The notes under the pieces were generated by a model, which saw nothing but the letters and a program-made list of their open reading frames with translations, was not told the DNA's origin and did no database searches. Shown here piece after piece: positions 7,122-16,645 of a stretch of DNA of 64,000 nucleotides. The number at the start of each line of letters is the position of its first letter. Positions within the stretch are counted from its first letter, which is position 1. Origin of the DNA: Candidatus Omnitrophota bacterium (GTDB lineage: Bacteria; Omnitrophota; Gorgyraeia; Gygaellales; Profunditerraquicolaceae). The position numbers and the translations under genes were made by a program. The stretch is from assembly GCA_030650425.1 (NCBI GenBank), contig JAUSED010000008.1, forward strand, positions 196,554-260,553. Reading direction: 5' to 3'.

Positions 7122-8666
7122 ATGAAAAAAGTTATAATGATCTTAGCGGGGTTTAGTTTACTGGCTGTGAAGTTGTGGGCGTTGGAACCTCAATGGCAGG
7201 AGATAAGCCGGGGCGCGGTTAATGTAAAAGCAGTTTTGATGAAACGGGGTAATTCTGAGGTTATCTACATGGGGACAGATAGAGGAATATTTAAGAGTGA
7301 AGATGGAGGAAGTGTCTGGAGAAGTATTTTTTCTTTAAGGGGAGATAGCCACGCTATAAATTATTTAACCTTTGCTTCGCAGGATAATAAAGTCATCTAT
7401 GCCGGGACAGGTAACGGGCTATTCTTTAGCGCTAATGAAGGCCAGAGATGGAATAGGCTCTTTAAAGGGAAGGATTCATTCGAAACTAATTGCACTGCTC
7501 TATCATACCTACCGCAAGTAATTTATCTCGGAACAAAATCCGGGTTATTTGTGAGTAAAGATAAAGGCCGTTCATGGCGTAAGCAATCGGGTAAGCTGGG
7601 TAATAGTCGTATATTAAATATTGCTTGCATTGAAAAAGAGCCAAATTTTCTTTATGTTGCTTGCGCGGACGGAGTCTTCAAGAGCGTCGATAGCGGCCTG
7701 AGCTGGGAGAGAATTTATCTAACACATCCAGTGGAAAATGGCGCGGAGTCAGAGGAAGAGAGCGAAGATCGCGATGAGGAGGCGCGTTATTCCGAAGTAA
7801 GATATATAGCCATAGACCCTAATCAGACGAGTAATCTATATCTGGCTACCAGCCGCGGAGTTTATCGAAGTAAAAATAGAGGAAGTGAGTGGGAGTTATT
7901 CTCTGAATACGGTTTACTTAGCCGCGATACCCACTTTTTATTATTTTCAGAAAAATCCGAACTTTACGCGGCGGCTAAGTCAGGGGTGTTTGTTTATAGG
8001 GGTGAGGCATGGAGGGAACTATCGTTTAATCTTAGCTGCCGTTACGTTAATTTTATGGGTTTAGATAAAGAAGGGAATTTATATGCCTGTACCGAAAAGG
8101 GGCTATTCAAATCCAATTTAAGGTATCGGGGTTTACCGGGGAGCGATATAATCAGCGATTATTTTAAAGGCGAACCTAAAATTGAAGAGGTGCAGAAAGA
8201 GGCGATTAAATACGCGGAGGTCGCGCCGGAAAAAATAGCCAACTGGAGGAAACAGGCGCGGAAGAAAGCCATACTTCCGCAGGTTAGTATCGGATTGGAT
8301 AGGAATTCAGGCGACCTCTGGCATTGGGAAGGCGGTTCGACTACCAAAAGCGATGATGATACTCTCAGGCGGGGCCGGGATACTCTGGATTGGGATGTCA
8401 GGTTGAGCTGGGATTTAAGCGAGCTGATTTGGAATAATGATCAGACTTCTATTGATACGCGCTCGCGGCTGATGGTTCAGCTTAGGGATGATTTATTGGA
8501 TGAAGTGAATAAAACATATTTTGAGCGGATCAGGGTTAAAATGGAGTTAGATAGCTTGCAGATTGAAGATAGGAAAAAGCGTTTTGAAAAAGAATTGCGG
8601 GTTAAAGAATTGACCGCTTCTCTGGATGCCCTCACCGGCGGCTATTTCTCAAGCCAAATTAGGTAA
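7122..8666 (+). CDS. Secreted BNR/Asp-box beta-propeller protein with a C-terminal helical/beta (TolC-half-like) domain
   Basis: Signal peptide; repeated Y.GT..G.F.S.D.G.SW (SEDGGSVW, SANEGQRW, SKDKGRSW, SVDSGLSW, SKNRGSEW); acidic linker; C-terminal ..ILPQVSIG..WDVRLSWDL..helical tail. Confidence 0.75.
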   Translation: MKKVIMILAGFSLLAVKLWALEPQWQEISRGAVNVKAVLMKRGNSEVIYMGTDRGIFKSEDGGSVWRSIFSLRGDSHAINYLTFASQDNKVIYAGTGNGLFFSANEGQRWNRLFKGKDSFETNCTALSYLPQVIYLGTKSGLFVSKDKGRSWRKQSGKLGNSRILNIACIEKEPNFLYVACADGVFKSVDSGLSWERIYLTHPVENGAESEEESEDRDEEARYSEVRYIAIDPNQTSNLYLATSRGVYRSKNRGSEWELFSEYGLLSRDTHFLLFSEKSELYAAAKSGVFVYRGEAWRELSFNLSCRYVNFMGLDKEGNLYACTEKGLFKSNLRYRGLPGSDIISDYFKGEPKIEEVQKEAIKYAEVAPEKIANWRKQARKKAILPQVSIGLDRNSGDLWHWEGGSTTKSDDDTLRRGRDTLDWDVRLSWDLSELIWNNDQTSIDTRSRLMVQLRDDLLDEVNKTYFERIRVKMELDSLQIEDRKKRFEKELRVKELTASLDALTGGYFSSQIR

Positions 8667-8803
8667 CTGGCCAGTTAACGGGGCGGGAATGATAAATTAC
8701 TAAAATCCACCTCTGGAAGCTTTTAATTATGGTATAATAACACATTATTGGGATAGAGTTACAAAACAAATATTTTTAACTAAATTAAGGTAGGATAGAC
8801 GCG

Positions 8804-9571
8804 ATGAAAACGCCGGGCCTCCAATCAGCTATTCCTGAGGTAGCTAGCGGTACGCTTACCACTATTGATCATCAAAAAATATCATTCCAGCATTTTAAGA
8901 ATGGCGGCCTCGCCGTTATTATTATCGCGCATGGCTATTATAATAGCAAGCAGTGCGTGGTTTTGCAGCAGTTGTCTCAGGCGCTTAGGGGGCAGTACGA
9001 TATTTTGATGTTTGATTTCCGCGGTCACGGCAAAAGCAGCGGCCTATTTACCTGGTCGAGCCGGGAAGGGAATGATTTACGGGCGGTATTAGATTTTATT
9101 GCGCCGCAATACTCTAAAATTGGGTTGGTTGCTTTTTCTACAGGAGCAAGCATTAGCATTAATGTCCTTGCTAATGATAAACGTGTGGATAGTTTTATCT
9201 GTGTTAGCGCTCCGTCGGATATGTCGAGAATTGATTACCGGTTCTGGGAGCTTGACTGGAAAGGCGACGCGGTATACACTTTATTGAGCCCTAAGGGAAG
9301 GATCGGTAAAGGAGTGCGGCCGGGGCCATTCTGGCTGGCCAAGGAAAGGCCCATTGATAACGTCGCTAAAATTACTGTTCCGATTATGTTTATACACGGC
9401 AGCCGGGACTGGGTAATCAGGCCGTGGCATTCCGAGGCCCTCTACCAAAAGGCAGGCGGGATGAAGAAAATAGTTTTTATCAAAAACGGTCCGCACGCGG
9501 AGTATTTAATGAGGGATTATCCCGGGCAATTCGTCGCCGAAGTAGAAAAGTGGTTCCTTGATACGCTATGA
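8804..9571 (+). CDS. Alpha/beta-fold hydrolase
   Basis: HG, FDFRGHGKS, AFSTG nucleophile elbow, HGSRD, GPH. Confidence 0.85.
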   Translation: MKTPGLQSAIPEVASGTLTTIDHQKISFQHFKNGGLAVIIIAHGYYNSKQCVVLQQLSQALRGQYDILMFDFRGHGKSSGLFTWSSREGNDLRAVLDFIAPQYSKIGLVAFSTGASISINVLANDKRVDSFICVSAPSDMSRIDYRFWELDWKGDAVYTLLSPKGRIGKGVRPGPFWLAKERPIDNVAKITVPIMFIHGSRDWVIRPWHSEALYQKAGGMKKIVFIKNGPHAEYLMRDYPGQFVAEVEKWFLDTL

Positions 9572-12297
9572 CGAAGGAAGATTTAGTTATCCCTAAGATA
9601 TTTGCTCAAATTTCTTCACGATTTTCAGATAGGATATGCCTGCAGATAAAAAAGGGCTCGACCTGGGAGACTTGGACTTATGGGCAAATAGAATATTTCT
9701 CTCTAAGCATAGGCGCATTTCTCATTAAAGAGGGTTTTAAAAAAGGAGACTTCGTTGGCTTATGTTTAGAGAATTGTCCGGAATGGGCAATAATCTATTT
9801 AGGCATCGTGGCTTCAGGCCTGGCCTGTGTTCCTTTAGATCCACAGTTGACCGAACAGGAAATAGATAATCTCCTCAATGACTGCTCCGCAAAAATCATC
9901 TTTGTCTCCCACGCCGTTTTTCAGGCAAAAAACATCAATAAACTAAAAGCCGGGTTGAACAAAATCGTTATATTGGGCTTGGATATCGAAAAAGATAATC
10001 TTATTGGCTTGGCACAGGTAAAATCTACCTTGTCCGAAGGACTCACTTGGCCCGAGGTATTCCCCGAAGATACCGCTTCGCTTATCTATACATCAGGTAC
10101 CACCGGCTCGCCAAAAGGGGTAATGCTCACGCATAAAAATCTTTGCTCTAATTTCCAAAGTATTGACAAGCTGCAACTCTTTTCGGATAAGGATTCTTTC
10201 ATATCGATATTACCGCTGCATCACGCCTATCCTTTTATGATTACGTTGGTAACACCTCTTTTTTGCCGCGCGCGGGTCACTTATACTGCAAGCCTTAGGA
10301 GCGATGAATTGCTTAATTTGATGAGAGAGGCTGAGGTAACGGTATTAGTAGGTGTACCGCAACTTTTTTCTATATTTTATACGAATATATCAGAGAAGAT
10401 GAAGAAGGTGCCGTTTTTACTTAAGGCGCCTCTTTTTGGGTTGATAGAGATATTGTGGCAGCTAAGAAGGTTTAGCAAAATAAATTTAAGCAAGCTGGCC
10501 CTGCCGAAGATACACCAACCATTCGGTAAAGCTTTAAGATTTTTTGCCTGCGGGGGCGCAAAGTTAAATGAAGAAGCGGCGATATTTCTTATGAAAATCG
10601 GTTTTACTATACTCGAAGGATACGGGCTTACCGAAACATCTCCGGTGGTAACCTTTAATCCGTTAAATAAGCAGAAGATCGGTTCTGTCGGCAAAGTTAT
10701 CCCGGATGTAGAATTGAAGATCGATGATCCCGGCTCAAGCGCAACGGCTGAGGTGCTGATCAAAGGGCCCAATGTCACCAAGGGCTACTATAATCGGCAA
10801 GATGAGCCCGTAAGCGTTTTAAAGGACGGCTGGTTGCACTCTGGAGACCTGGGCTATATAGATAAGGACGGTTATCTTTATATCACAGGAAGGAAGAAAG
10901 AGCTGATTGTTTTAAGTTCCGGTAAAAACATCTATCCCGAAGAAGTCGAATCTCATTATGCCAAGAGCCCCTTTATTAAAGAGATCTGCGTCTTTGGTAT
11001 CGGCGAAGCCGGGGAAGAGAGGTTGGCTGCCGTGATAGTTACCGACGCTGACTATTGCCGCAAGGTTGGGCAGGTAGATATTAATAGCGTGATCAGATGG
11101 GAGTTAGAAAATTTATCTGAGGGGCTTGCTTCCTACAAACGCATCAAGGGTTATATTATTGTAAGGGAAGATTTGCCGCGCACACGGTTGGGCAAGATAA
11201 AAAGGTACGAAGTTAAGGACAAATATCTAGATGAGCTTAAAGGTATAAAGTTAAAAGGGGTTGAGGAGGAAATTTCCGTTACGGATGAGGATCTTATGCT
11301 GCTCACTAGCTGCGTTGGCGCTAAGATAATCGAGGCCCTGAATAAATACGTAAAGTTAGAAAGACAGATAACTCCTAGCGACCATATCGAATTGGATCTC
11401 GGTATCGATTCGTTGGGCCGCGTAGAGCTGATAACAGCATTAGAGCAGGCGCTTAATATTCGTATATCGGATGAGCTAATGACTAAAGTTTTTACTGTTA
11501 GAGAGCTTATTCTTGAGATAGGTAAATTGGTTCCGGGTGAAGGGGTTCAAAGAGGGTTCATTCCCCAAGCCAAGAGCCAGACTTTATGGAATGATATTTT
11601 AAATGAAGAGCCCGGAAAAGATATAATAAAAAAGGTAAATCTGGCGCCAAACCGGGTGACAATTTTAGGTATACTGTTATTCGCTGAAGTTTTACGCCTT
11701 GTGTTTAAAGCGGTCTGGCGGCTTAAGATTCTCGGAACAGAAAATATTCCGAAAGCTGGAAAGTGCATTTTGTGCGTTAATCACAGCAGTTATCTGGACG
11801 CGTTTGTTGTTGAGGCTTCCATGCCCAAGGGCTTACGAAAGGGCGTTTTTTTTGTTGGTTTTAAAGCCTATTTTGAGCAGTCCGTCATTAGAAATATCAT
11901 AAAATATATCAGGGTTATCCCCATTGATCCGGGTATGCACTTTGTGGAGGCTATGCAGGCATCTTCTTATGTTCTTAAGAATGACAAGATAGTCTGTATC
12001 TTCCCGGAGGGCCAAAGAACTATAGACGGAAATGTTAAAATATTCAAAAAGGGGGTGGGGATACTGGCGAAAGAGTTGAATGCTCCGTTGGTTCCCGTGT
12101 TGATAACGGGCTCATACGAATCTTGGCCGAGGACAAAGCCGTTTCCGAGGCCGTATCCGATCAGTATTACTTTTGGAAAAGCTTTTGATTTTGACGAACT
12201 AAAGAAAGAAGGGCTAAAATTAGGCGCCAAAGATGAATATGAGGCCATAGCTTTTGGCATAAGAGAAGAGGTAATAAAGCTCAAATCACCACTCTAG
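9568..12297 (+). CDS. Long-chain acyl-CoA/AMP ligase - acyl carrier domain - PlsC-type acyltransferase fusion
   Basis: YTSGTTGSPKG, GYGLTETSP, SGDLG, DLGIDSLG (phosphopantetheine Ser), NHSSYLD, FPEGQR. Confidence 0.92.
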   Translation: MTKEDLVIPKIFAQISSRFSDRICLQIKKGSTWETWTYGQIEYFSLSIGAFLIKEGFKKGDFVGLCLENCPEWAIIYLGIVASGLACVPLDPQLTEQEIDNLLNDCSAKIIFVSHAVFQAKNINKLKAGLNKIVILGLDIEKDNLIGLAQVKSTLSEGLTWPEVFPEDTASLIYTSGTTGSPKGVMLTHKNLCSNFQSIDKLQLFSDKDSFISILPLHHAYPFMITLVTPLFCRARVTYTASLRSDELLNLMREAEVTVLVGVPQLFSIFYTNISEKMKKVPFLLKAPLFGLIEILWQLRRFSKINLSKLALPKIHQPFGKALRFFACGGAKLNEEAAIFLMKIGFTILEGYGLTETSPVVTFNPLNKQKIGSVGKVIPDVELKIDDPGSSATAEVLIKGPNVTKGYYNRQDEPVSVLKDGWLHSGDLGYIDKDGYLYITGRKKELIVLSSGKNIYPEEVESHYAKSPFIKEICVFGIGEAGEERLAAVIVTDADYCRKVGQVDINSVIRWELENLSEGLASYKRIKGYIIVREDLPRTRLGKIKRYEVKDKYLDELKGIKLKGVEEEISVTDEDLMLLTSCVGAKIIEALNKYVKLERQITPSDHIELDLGIDSLGRVELITALEQALNIRISDELMTKVFTVRELILEIGKLVPGEGVQRGFIPQAKSQTLWNDILNEEPGKDIIKKVNLAPNRVTILGILLFAEVLRLVFKAVWRLKILGTENIPKAGKCILCVNHSSYLDAFVVEASMPKGLRKGVFFVGFKAYFEQSVIRNIIKYIRVIPIDPGMHFVEAMQASSYVLKNDKIVCIFPEGQRTIDGNVKIFKKGVGILAKELNAPLVPVLITGSYESWPRTKPFPRPYPISITFGKAFDFDELKKEGLKLGAKDEYEAIAFGIREEVIKLKSPL

Positions 12298-12358
12298 TAA
12301 TCCGCTATAAAATCCTTCCTAAAACCCAAAAGAAGCAATTTTATACCAAAAAAAATAT

Positions 12359-12387
12359 TTGACAATATGCTCTACAAGAAATAAAAT
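12359..12387 (+). promoter_or_regulatory. Sigma70 promoter of the sensor kinase/response regulator pair
   Basis: TTGACA-N17-TAAAAT. Confidence 0.65.
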
Positions 12388-12452
12388 ATATTGAAGGAAT
12401 TGGGCGTAAAAGATTATTTTACGGAGAAAAAGCCGATAAATAGCTATTCTAT

Positions 12453-13715
12453 ATGAAAATAACAAAGAAAAAGAGAACGAAAAAGCCCTTATTGAGAAAT
12501 AAAATCCGCAACGGTGAGCGCGTGCGGCTTGAGGGGGTAGTTAAGCAACAGGCCGCTGAACTGAAAGAAAAAAACGGGCAATTAAGGAATGGGGCAAGGA
12601 AGCAACTAAGGTCAGAAGAGCAGATTCATATCCGCACTAAAGCGATGGAATCGGCAGTTGACGGTATTTTTATTATCGATGTCAAGAAGCCGGATTTTCC
12701 TGTTATCTATGCCAACCAATCATTCCAGAAGATGACCGGTTACGCGAAAAACGAAATCCTGGGCCGAGGTTATTTTTTATCCTATGGGGCTGACGCCGAT
12801 CCTCATATTATTGAGGAAATAAAACACGCGATACATCAGGGTAAATTTTTCTATAGAGAGATGCTTAGCTTTCAAAAAAATGGCAAGAAATATTTGAATT
12901 TATTGCGCGTTACACCGGTGCGTGATACCCGCGGTGGCGTCACTCATTATGTAGGGATTCAGACAGATGTCACTCTGATGCGGGAGAAGGAGTTGGAGAT
13001 TGACGAACAGCGCGAGGAGCTTTTGCATGTTACCCGGGTAGGGAAACTCGCGGAATTTGTTTCTTCGCTTGCCCATGAAATCAGCCAGCCTCTTACGGCT
13101 ATTCTTTCTTATTCTCAGGCTGCCCAGCGCATACTCTTAGATAGAGAACCTGAACTACAGAAGATTCTTTCGTACATTATTAGCGATGACCAGCGCGCGG
13201 CCGAGGTTATCCAGCGGCTGCGTTCACTGTTAAAGAAGAGCGCGCCTGAGATGAGGCTGTTGGATATCAATGCCCTTATCAATGAGACTATTGTGATTAT
13301 TTCAACCGATGCCACCGTAAGGAACGCTGTCGTTAAAACCGAGTTTGATGCTAATCTTCCACTTGTCCGCGGCGACCGGATACAATTGCAGCAGGTCATC
13401 CTGAATCTTATCAGTAATAGTTTCGATGCCATGGAGAACAGCCAAGGGGAGCGTGAAATATTGATTCGCGCGTCGCGTAAAGATAGCGGTAGGATTGTCG
13501 TAGAGGTGAAGGATTCCGGATGCGGTATCCCCGCGAAAAATATACCTAAGCTTTTCACTCATTTTTTTACCAGTAAAGCGGATGGTTTGGGTATGGGTTT
13601 GTCGATCAGCCGTTCGATTATTGAGGCGCATGGCGGACAATTGGACGTAGAAAACAATCCTGAACGCGGAGCGACCTTTTATTTTACCATTCCTGTTGAT
13701 AAAAATGATGCTTAA
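12453..13715 (+). CDS. FixL-like PAS sensor histidine kinase (cytoplasmic)
   Basis: PAS/PAC, LAHEISQPL H-box, QQVILNLISN, DSGCG, GLGMGLSI. Confidence 0.9.
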   Translation: MKITKKKRTKKPLLRNKIRNGERVRLEGVVKQQAAELKEKNGQLRNGARKQLRSEEQIHIRTKAMESAVDGIFIIDVKKPDFPVIYANQSFQKMTGYAKNEILGRGYFLSYGADADPHIIEEIKHAIHQGKFFYREMLSFQKNGKKYLNLLRVTPVRDTRGGVTHYVGIQTDVTLMREKELEIDEQREELLHVTRVGKLAEFVSSLAHEISQPLTAILSYSQAAQRILLDREPELQKILSYIISDDQRAAEVIQRLRSLLKKSAPEMRLLDINALINETIVIISTDATVRNAVVKTEFDANLPLVRGDRIQLQQVILNLISNSFDAMENSQGEREILIRASRKDSGRIVVEVKDSGCGIPAKNIPKLFTHFFTSKADGLGMGLSISRSIIEAHGGQLDVENNPERGATFYFTIPVDKNDA

Positions 13716-14342
13716 GTGAGTAATCCCGGGCCTACTATTTATATCGTTGATGATGATCTCTCTGTGTGCAGGGCCTTGTCCTTATTGTTAAAGTTACACG
13801 GATTCAAGCCGCAGACGTTTACGCGCTCCGCGGATTTTTTAGCGTGTTCGCATCCTAAGGTCCCATCGTGCCTGGTACTCGATATTCGCCTTCCGGATAT
13901 CAACGGGCTTGCCCTGCAGGATGCTATGGCAGAGCGGAAACTGATCATCCCGATTATCTTTATCACCGGGCATGGGGATATCCCGATGAGCGTGAAAGCT
14001 ATGAAGGCTGGAGCTGTTGATTTTCTTCCCAAGCCTTTTACTGAAAAGAAGCTGCTTAATGCTGTTACCGCCGCTATTTTAAAAAGCAAGGCTCAAAATA
14101 GAGAACAAGCCGAAATATCAAAAATTAAGCGCCGCGTTAAAACTTTGTCTCCGCGGGAACTAGAGGTTTTTCGGCTCGTAGCTAAGGGGATGTTGAGTAA
14201 GCAGATCGCCCGTAAACGGGGAACCAGCCTTCAGACGATCAAAGTCCACCGCGGCCGGGTTATGCAAAAGATGCAGGCTAAGACCGTCACTGAACTTATC
14301 CGCTTTGCCCAAAAATGCGGCATTACTCCTCCTGAGCGCTAA
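13716..14342 (+). CDS. FixJ-family response regulator (REC-LuxR HTH), copy 1
   Basis: IVDDD, LDIRLP, ITGHGDIPMSVKAMKAGAVDFLPKP, LSPRE..V, TIKVHRGRVMQKM. Confidence 0.93.
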   Translation: MSNPGPTIYIVDDDLSVCRALSLLLKLHGFKPQTFTRSADFLACSHPKVPSCLVLDIRLPDINGLALQDAMAERKLIIPIIFITGHGDIPMSVKAMKAGAVDFLPKPFTEKKLLNAVTAAILKSKAQNREQAEISKIKRRVKTLSPRELEVFRLVAKGMLSKQIARKRGTSLQTIKVHRGRVMQKMQAKTVTELIRFAQKCGITPPER

Positions 14343-14387
14343 TTATACCTGAGTACAATTGATTTAATTCCGATATATTTCTATAAT
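14343..14387 (+). promoter_or_regulatory. Palindromic operator fused to a sigma70 promoter (copy 1 of 4), upstream of the pilus-like operon
   Basis: TTATACCTGAGTACAA-TTGATT-N17-TATAAT; homologous to 21550, 23517 and 25903. Confidence 0.7.
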
Positions 14388-14468
14388 CACAGTATAAGAT
14401 TATTCACAATTCACTGCCTTACTTATAGCCAGGCTTTAAAGTTTGCCTGAAGAAGATTGCGGGTGAAT

Positions 14469-15863
14469 ATGCGTAAAAATAAATATTTAACAGCGCTAAT
14501 TCTGATTTTATCATTTTTAGCCGTTTCTTTGCCTGTTTTAGCCGCGGATATTTTTGACCTTACTTATACGCTTACCGAAGGCGGATATCAGTTAGAATTA
14601 AATCCTGTTAATTTATATAAAGGCGTTAATTTAAGAGTGGATACCAATATCGGCAGGCGCTACGAAATTATTCAAAGAATTATTCAGCCGTTAACAAGCA
14701 AAGATAATCCCGGGGTAATGATTCAGGATAATTTTGTGGTGCGCGGTATAAGCGGTTCCAATAGATTCGGGAACCTGCGTTTCTCTACCGGCGGTATAGC
14801 CGTAAGGTCAGAAGATATTATCTACGTTTCTGATAGCGCGGGTGACGCGGATAATTTTTCTTTAGTCTATGGCCTGATTAACGCGGAAAATTTACAGCCT
14901 GGGTATTATTCAGGGCGTGTTAGTTTTACTTTGAATCCTATTTCGTCAAGCCAGCAGCAGATTACCAGGATTTTAGAGGTGTATGTATCGATAACGGCTC
15001 AAGGCCGGGAAAAGCCCCGCGTTGAGATAAGCGCTTCCAGCGGCTCAAAATCTATAACGCTTAACCCTAAAAAAGAAAAGAATCAAGCGAAAGAGGAAGT
15101 TTTTATAAAAATTAATTCGACTGAGAAAAAGCAATTCAGTATAGTCCAGTTTGTGCCCGAGCCCATGGAATCAGAATCCGGGGATATTCTGGATAATCAA
15201 GCGGTAAATTTTATAGTAAGAAACGCGGAAAAAGGCGTGTCAACAAATATGGTTAGCGCGTTAACTTCCAGTCCGCAGAAGATTTATACTTCCGGTATTG
15301 ACGGCAGCGCGGATAATTCTCTGGTGGTTACATATATCTTAGGGGACCTAACGGCTAAAAAATCAGGAAAATATAAATCTCGCGTACAGTATTTATGGGA
15401 AGAAGCAGGCGCGCAGACAAAAATAGACAGCTTAGAACTGTTGATTGATAACGAGCGGATATTTAATTTGATCGTCACTCCTGCGGATCAAAAATACGAA
15501 ATTGAATTCCGCGGCCTTAAGCCTTTGGGCCAGCCTAAGGCCAGCGAGGTAATCTTAGAGGTTACCAGCAATACCGGTAAACCTTATCAAATAAATCAGG
15601 AGATATCCAGCGGCTTGGTGAATAAGGAGGGGTTAGAGATTCCTGCTCAATATTTTACGCTGCGTACTGAAAATATTAATAGCAAGGGCAATTTTAAATT
15701 TCTTGAAAAGCAAGAAGTAAAAAAAGGCAATACTATTTTGTTTGTTTCGGATAGCGAAGGCGCGCCCGCCAAGATAAAAGTTATTTACGAATTGACTAGC
15801 CCTGTGGATTTAAAAGCGGGAGACTATCTGGCTAATGTTACCTATTCTTTGTTAGAGATGTAA
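14469..15863 (+). CDS. Secreted three-domain pilin-like protein (putative tip adhesin or minor subunit)
   Basis: Signal peptide; three beta-rich modules each ending in G-x-Y...V-x-Y/F-x-L (PGYYSGRVSFTL, SGKYKSRVQYLW, AGDYLANVTYSL). Start could be 14457, 14463 or 14469. Confidence 0.55.
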   Translation: MRKNKYLTALILILSFLAVSLPVLAADIFDLTYTLTEGGYQLELNPVNLYKGVNLRVDTNIGRRYEIIQRIIQPLTSKDNPGVMIQDNFVVRGISGSNRFGNLRFSTGGIAVRSEDIIYVSDSAGDADNFSLVYGLINAENLQPGYYSGRVSFTLNPISSSQQQITRILEVYVSITAQGREKPRVEISASSGSKSITLNPKKEKNQAKEEVFIKINSTEKKQFSIVQFVPEPMESESGDILDNQAVNFIVRNAEKGVSTNMVSALTSSPQKIYTSGIDGSADNSLVVTYILGDLTAKKSGKYKSRVQYLWEEAGAQTKIDSLELLIDNERIFNLIVTPADQKYEIEFRGLKPLGQPKASEVILEVTSNTGKPYQINQEISSGLVNKEGLEIPAQYFTLRTENINSKGNFKFLEKQEVKKGNTILFVSDSEGAPAKIKVIYELTSPVDLKAGDYLANVTYSLLEM

Positions 15864-15952
15864 CTTGTTTAATTATCAGGAAGGGGGGCAAGGTATTTGT
15901 TGGTTAGGTTGAATTAAAAATCAGGATTTGTTTCATTAAAAGGAGGAAGGCT

Positions 15953-16546
15953 ATGAAAAAAAGAATTATTTTAGGAGCAGCGGGTTTGGTGCTTGGGTTG
16001 GCGTCACTGTGTTTTGCCGCCACAAGCATAAGGATAGCAGCTACCATCGGTGAGACGCATCAGATGAATGTAGCTTTAAGTAGAGTCGCAAGCCAAGGCG
16101 CGACCCCGACTCTGGTTGCTGATCTTACGGGTACAGGCATGGATTTTGGCACATTGACAGAAAATCCTACGGATCATAATTTCAGGTCGACTGTTTTTTT
16201 CTTTATAGACGCGCCTGTAGTTTCTAATAAAACAGGCTGGACTATAACTCACACCGCCACTGATTTTGCAAATTCCGCGGGTAATAATTTAAACGCCAAC
16301 ACGAATGTAACGTTTATGAAGGCAGTTCCCGGAGGGGAAACCGCGCTTACTGGTAATAGTTATGTCAGCTACTCGGCGGCTAAAACAAGAGCGGCAATCG
16401 CGCAAGCCGAGCTTACCGGCGGCTGGTTAAGAATTTATTACGGTATCGCCCAAGGCTCCCTCGACGCGCCCGGCGTTAATGTTATTACTACGGCTATGCC
16501 GACAGGCAGTTATGTGGGGACGGTAACTTTAACTCTTTCTCCGTAA
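15953..16546 (+). CDS. Putative major pilin subunit A (chaperone-usher/CS1-Csu-like)
   Basis: Signal peptide, alternating N-terminal strand SIRIAATI, MDFG motif, C-terminal GSYVGTVTLTLSP; strong SD; downstream hairpin. Confidence 0.6.
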   Translation: MKKRIILGAAGLVLGLASLCFAATSIRIAATIGETHQMNVALSRVASQGATPTLVADLTGTGMDFGTLTENPTDHNFRSTVFFFIDAPVVSNKTGWTITHTATDFANSAGNNLNANTNVTFMKAVPGGETALTGNSYVSYSAAKTRAAIAQAELTGGWLRIYYGIAQGSLDAPGVNVITTAMPTGSYVGTVTLTLSP

Positions 16547-16570
16547 GCGGGGTAACTTTATTAAAGCATC

Positions 16571-16617
16571 AATGCCGGAAGAACAGCCTTAAAAAAGCGT
16601 TTTGTCCTTCCGGCATT
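16571..16617 (+). other. Intercistronic stem-loop after pilin A (mRNA stabiliser or attenuator)
   Basis: AATGCCGGAAG...CTTCCGGCATT arms. Confidence 0.6.
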
Positions 16618-16645
16618 GTTGCTTTATCTTAGCTCAAGGAAAATA

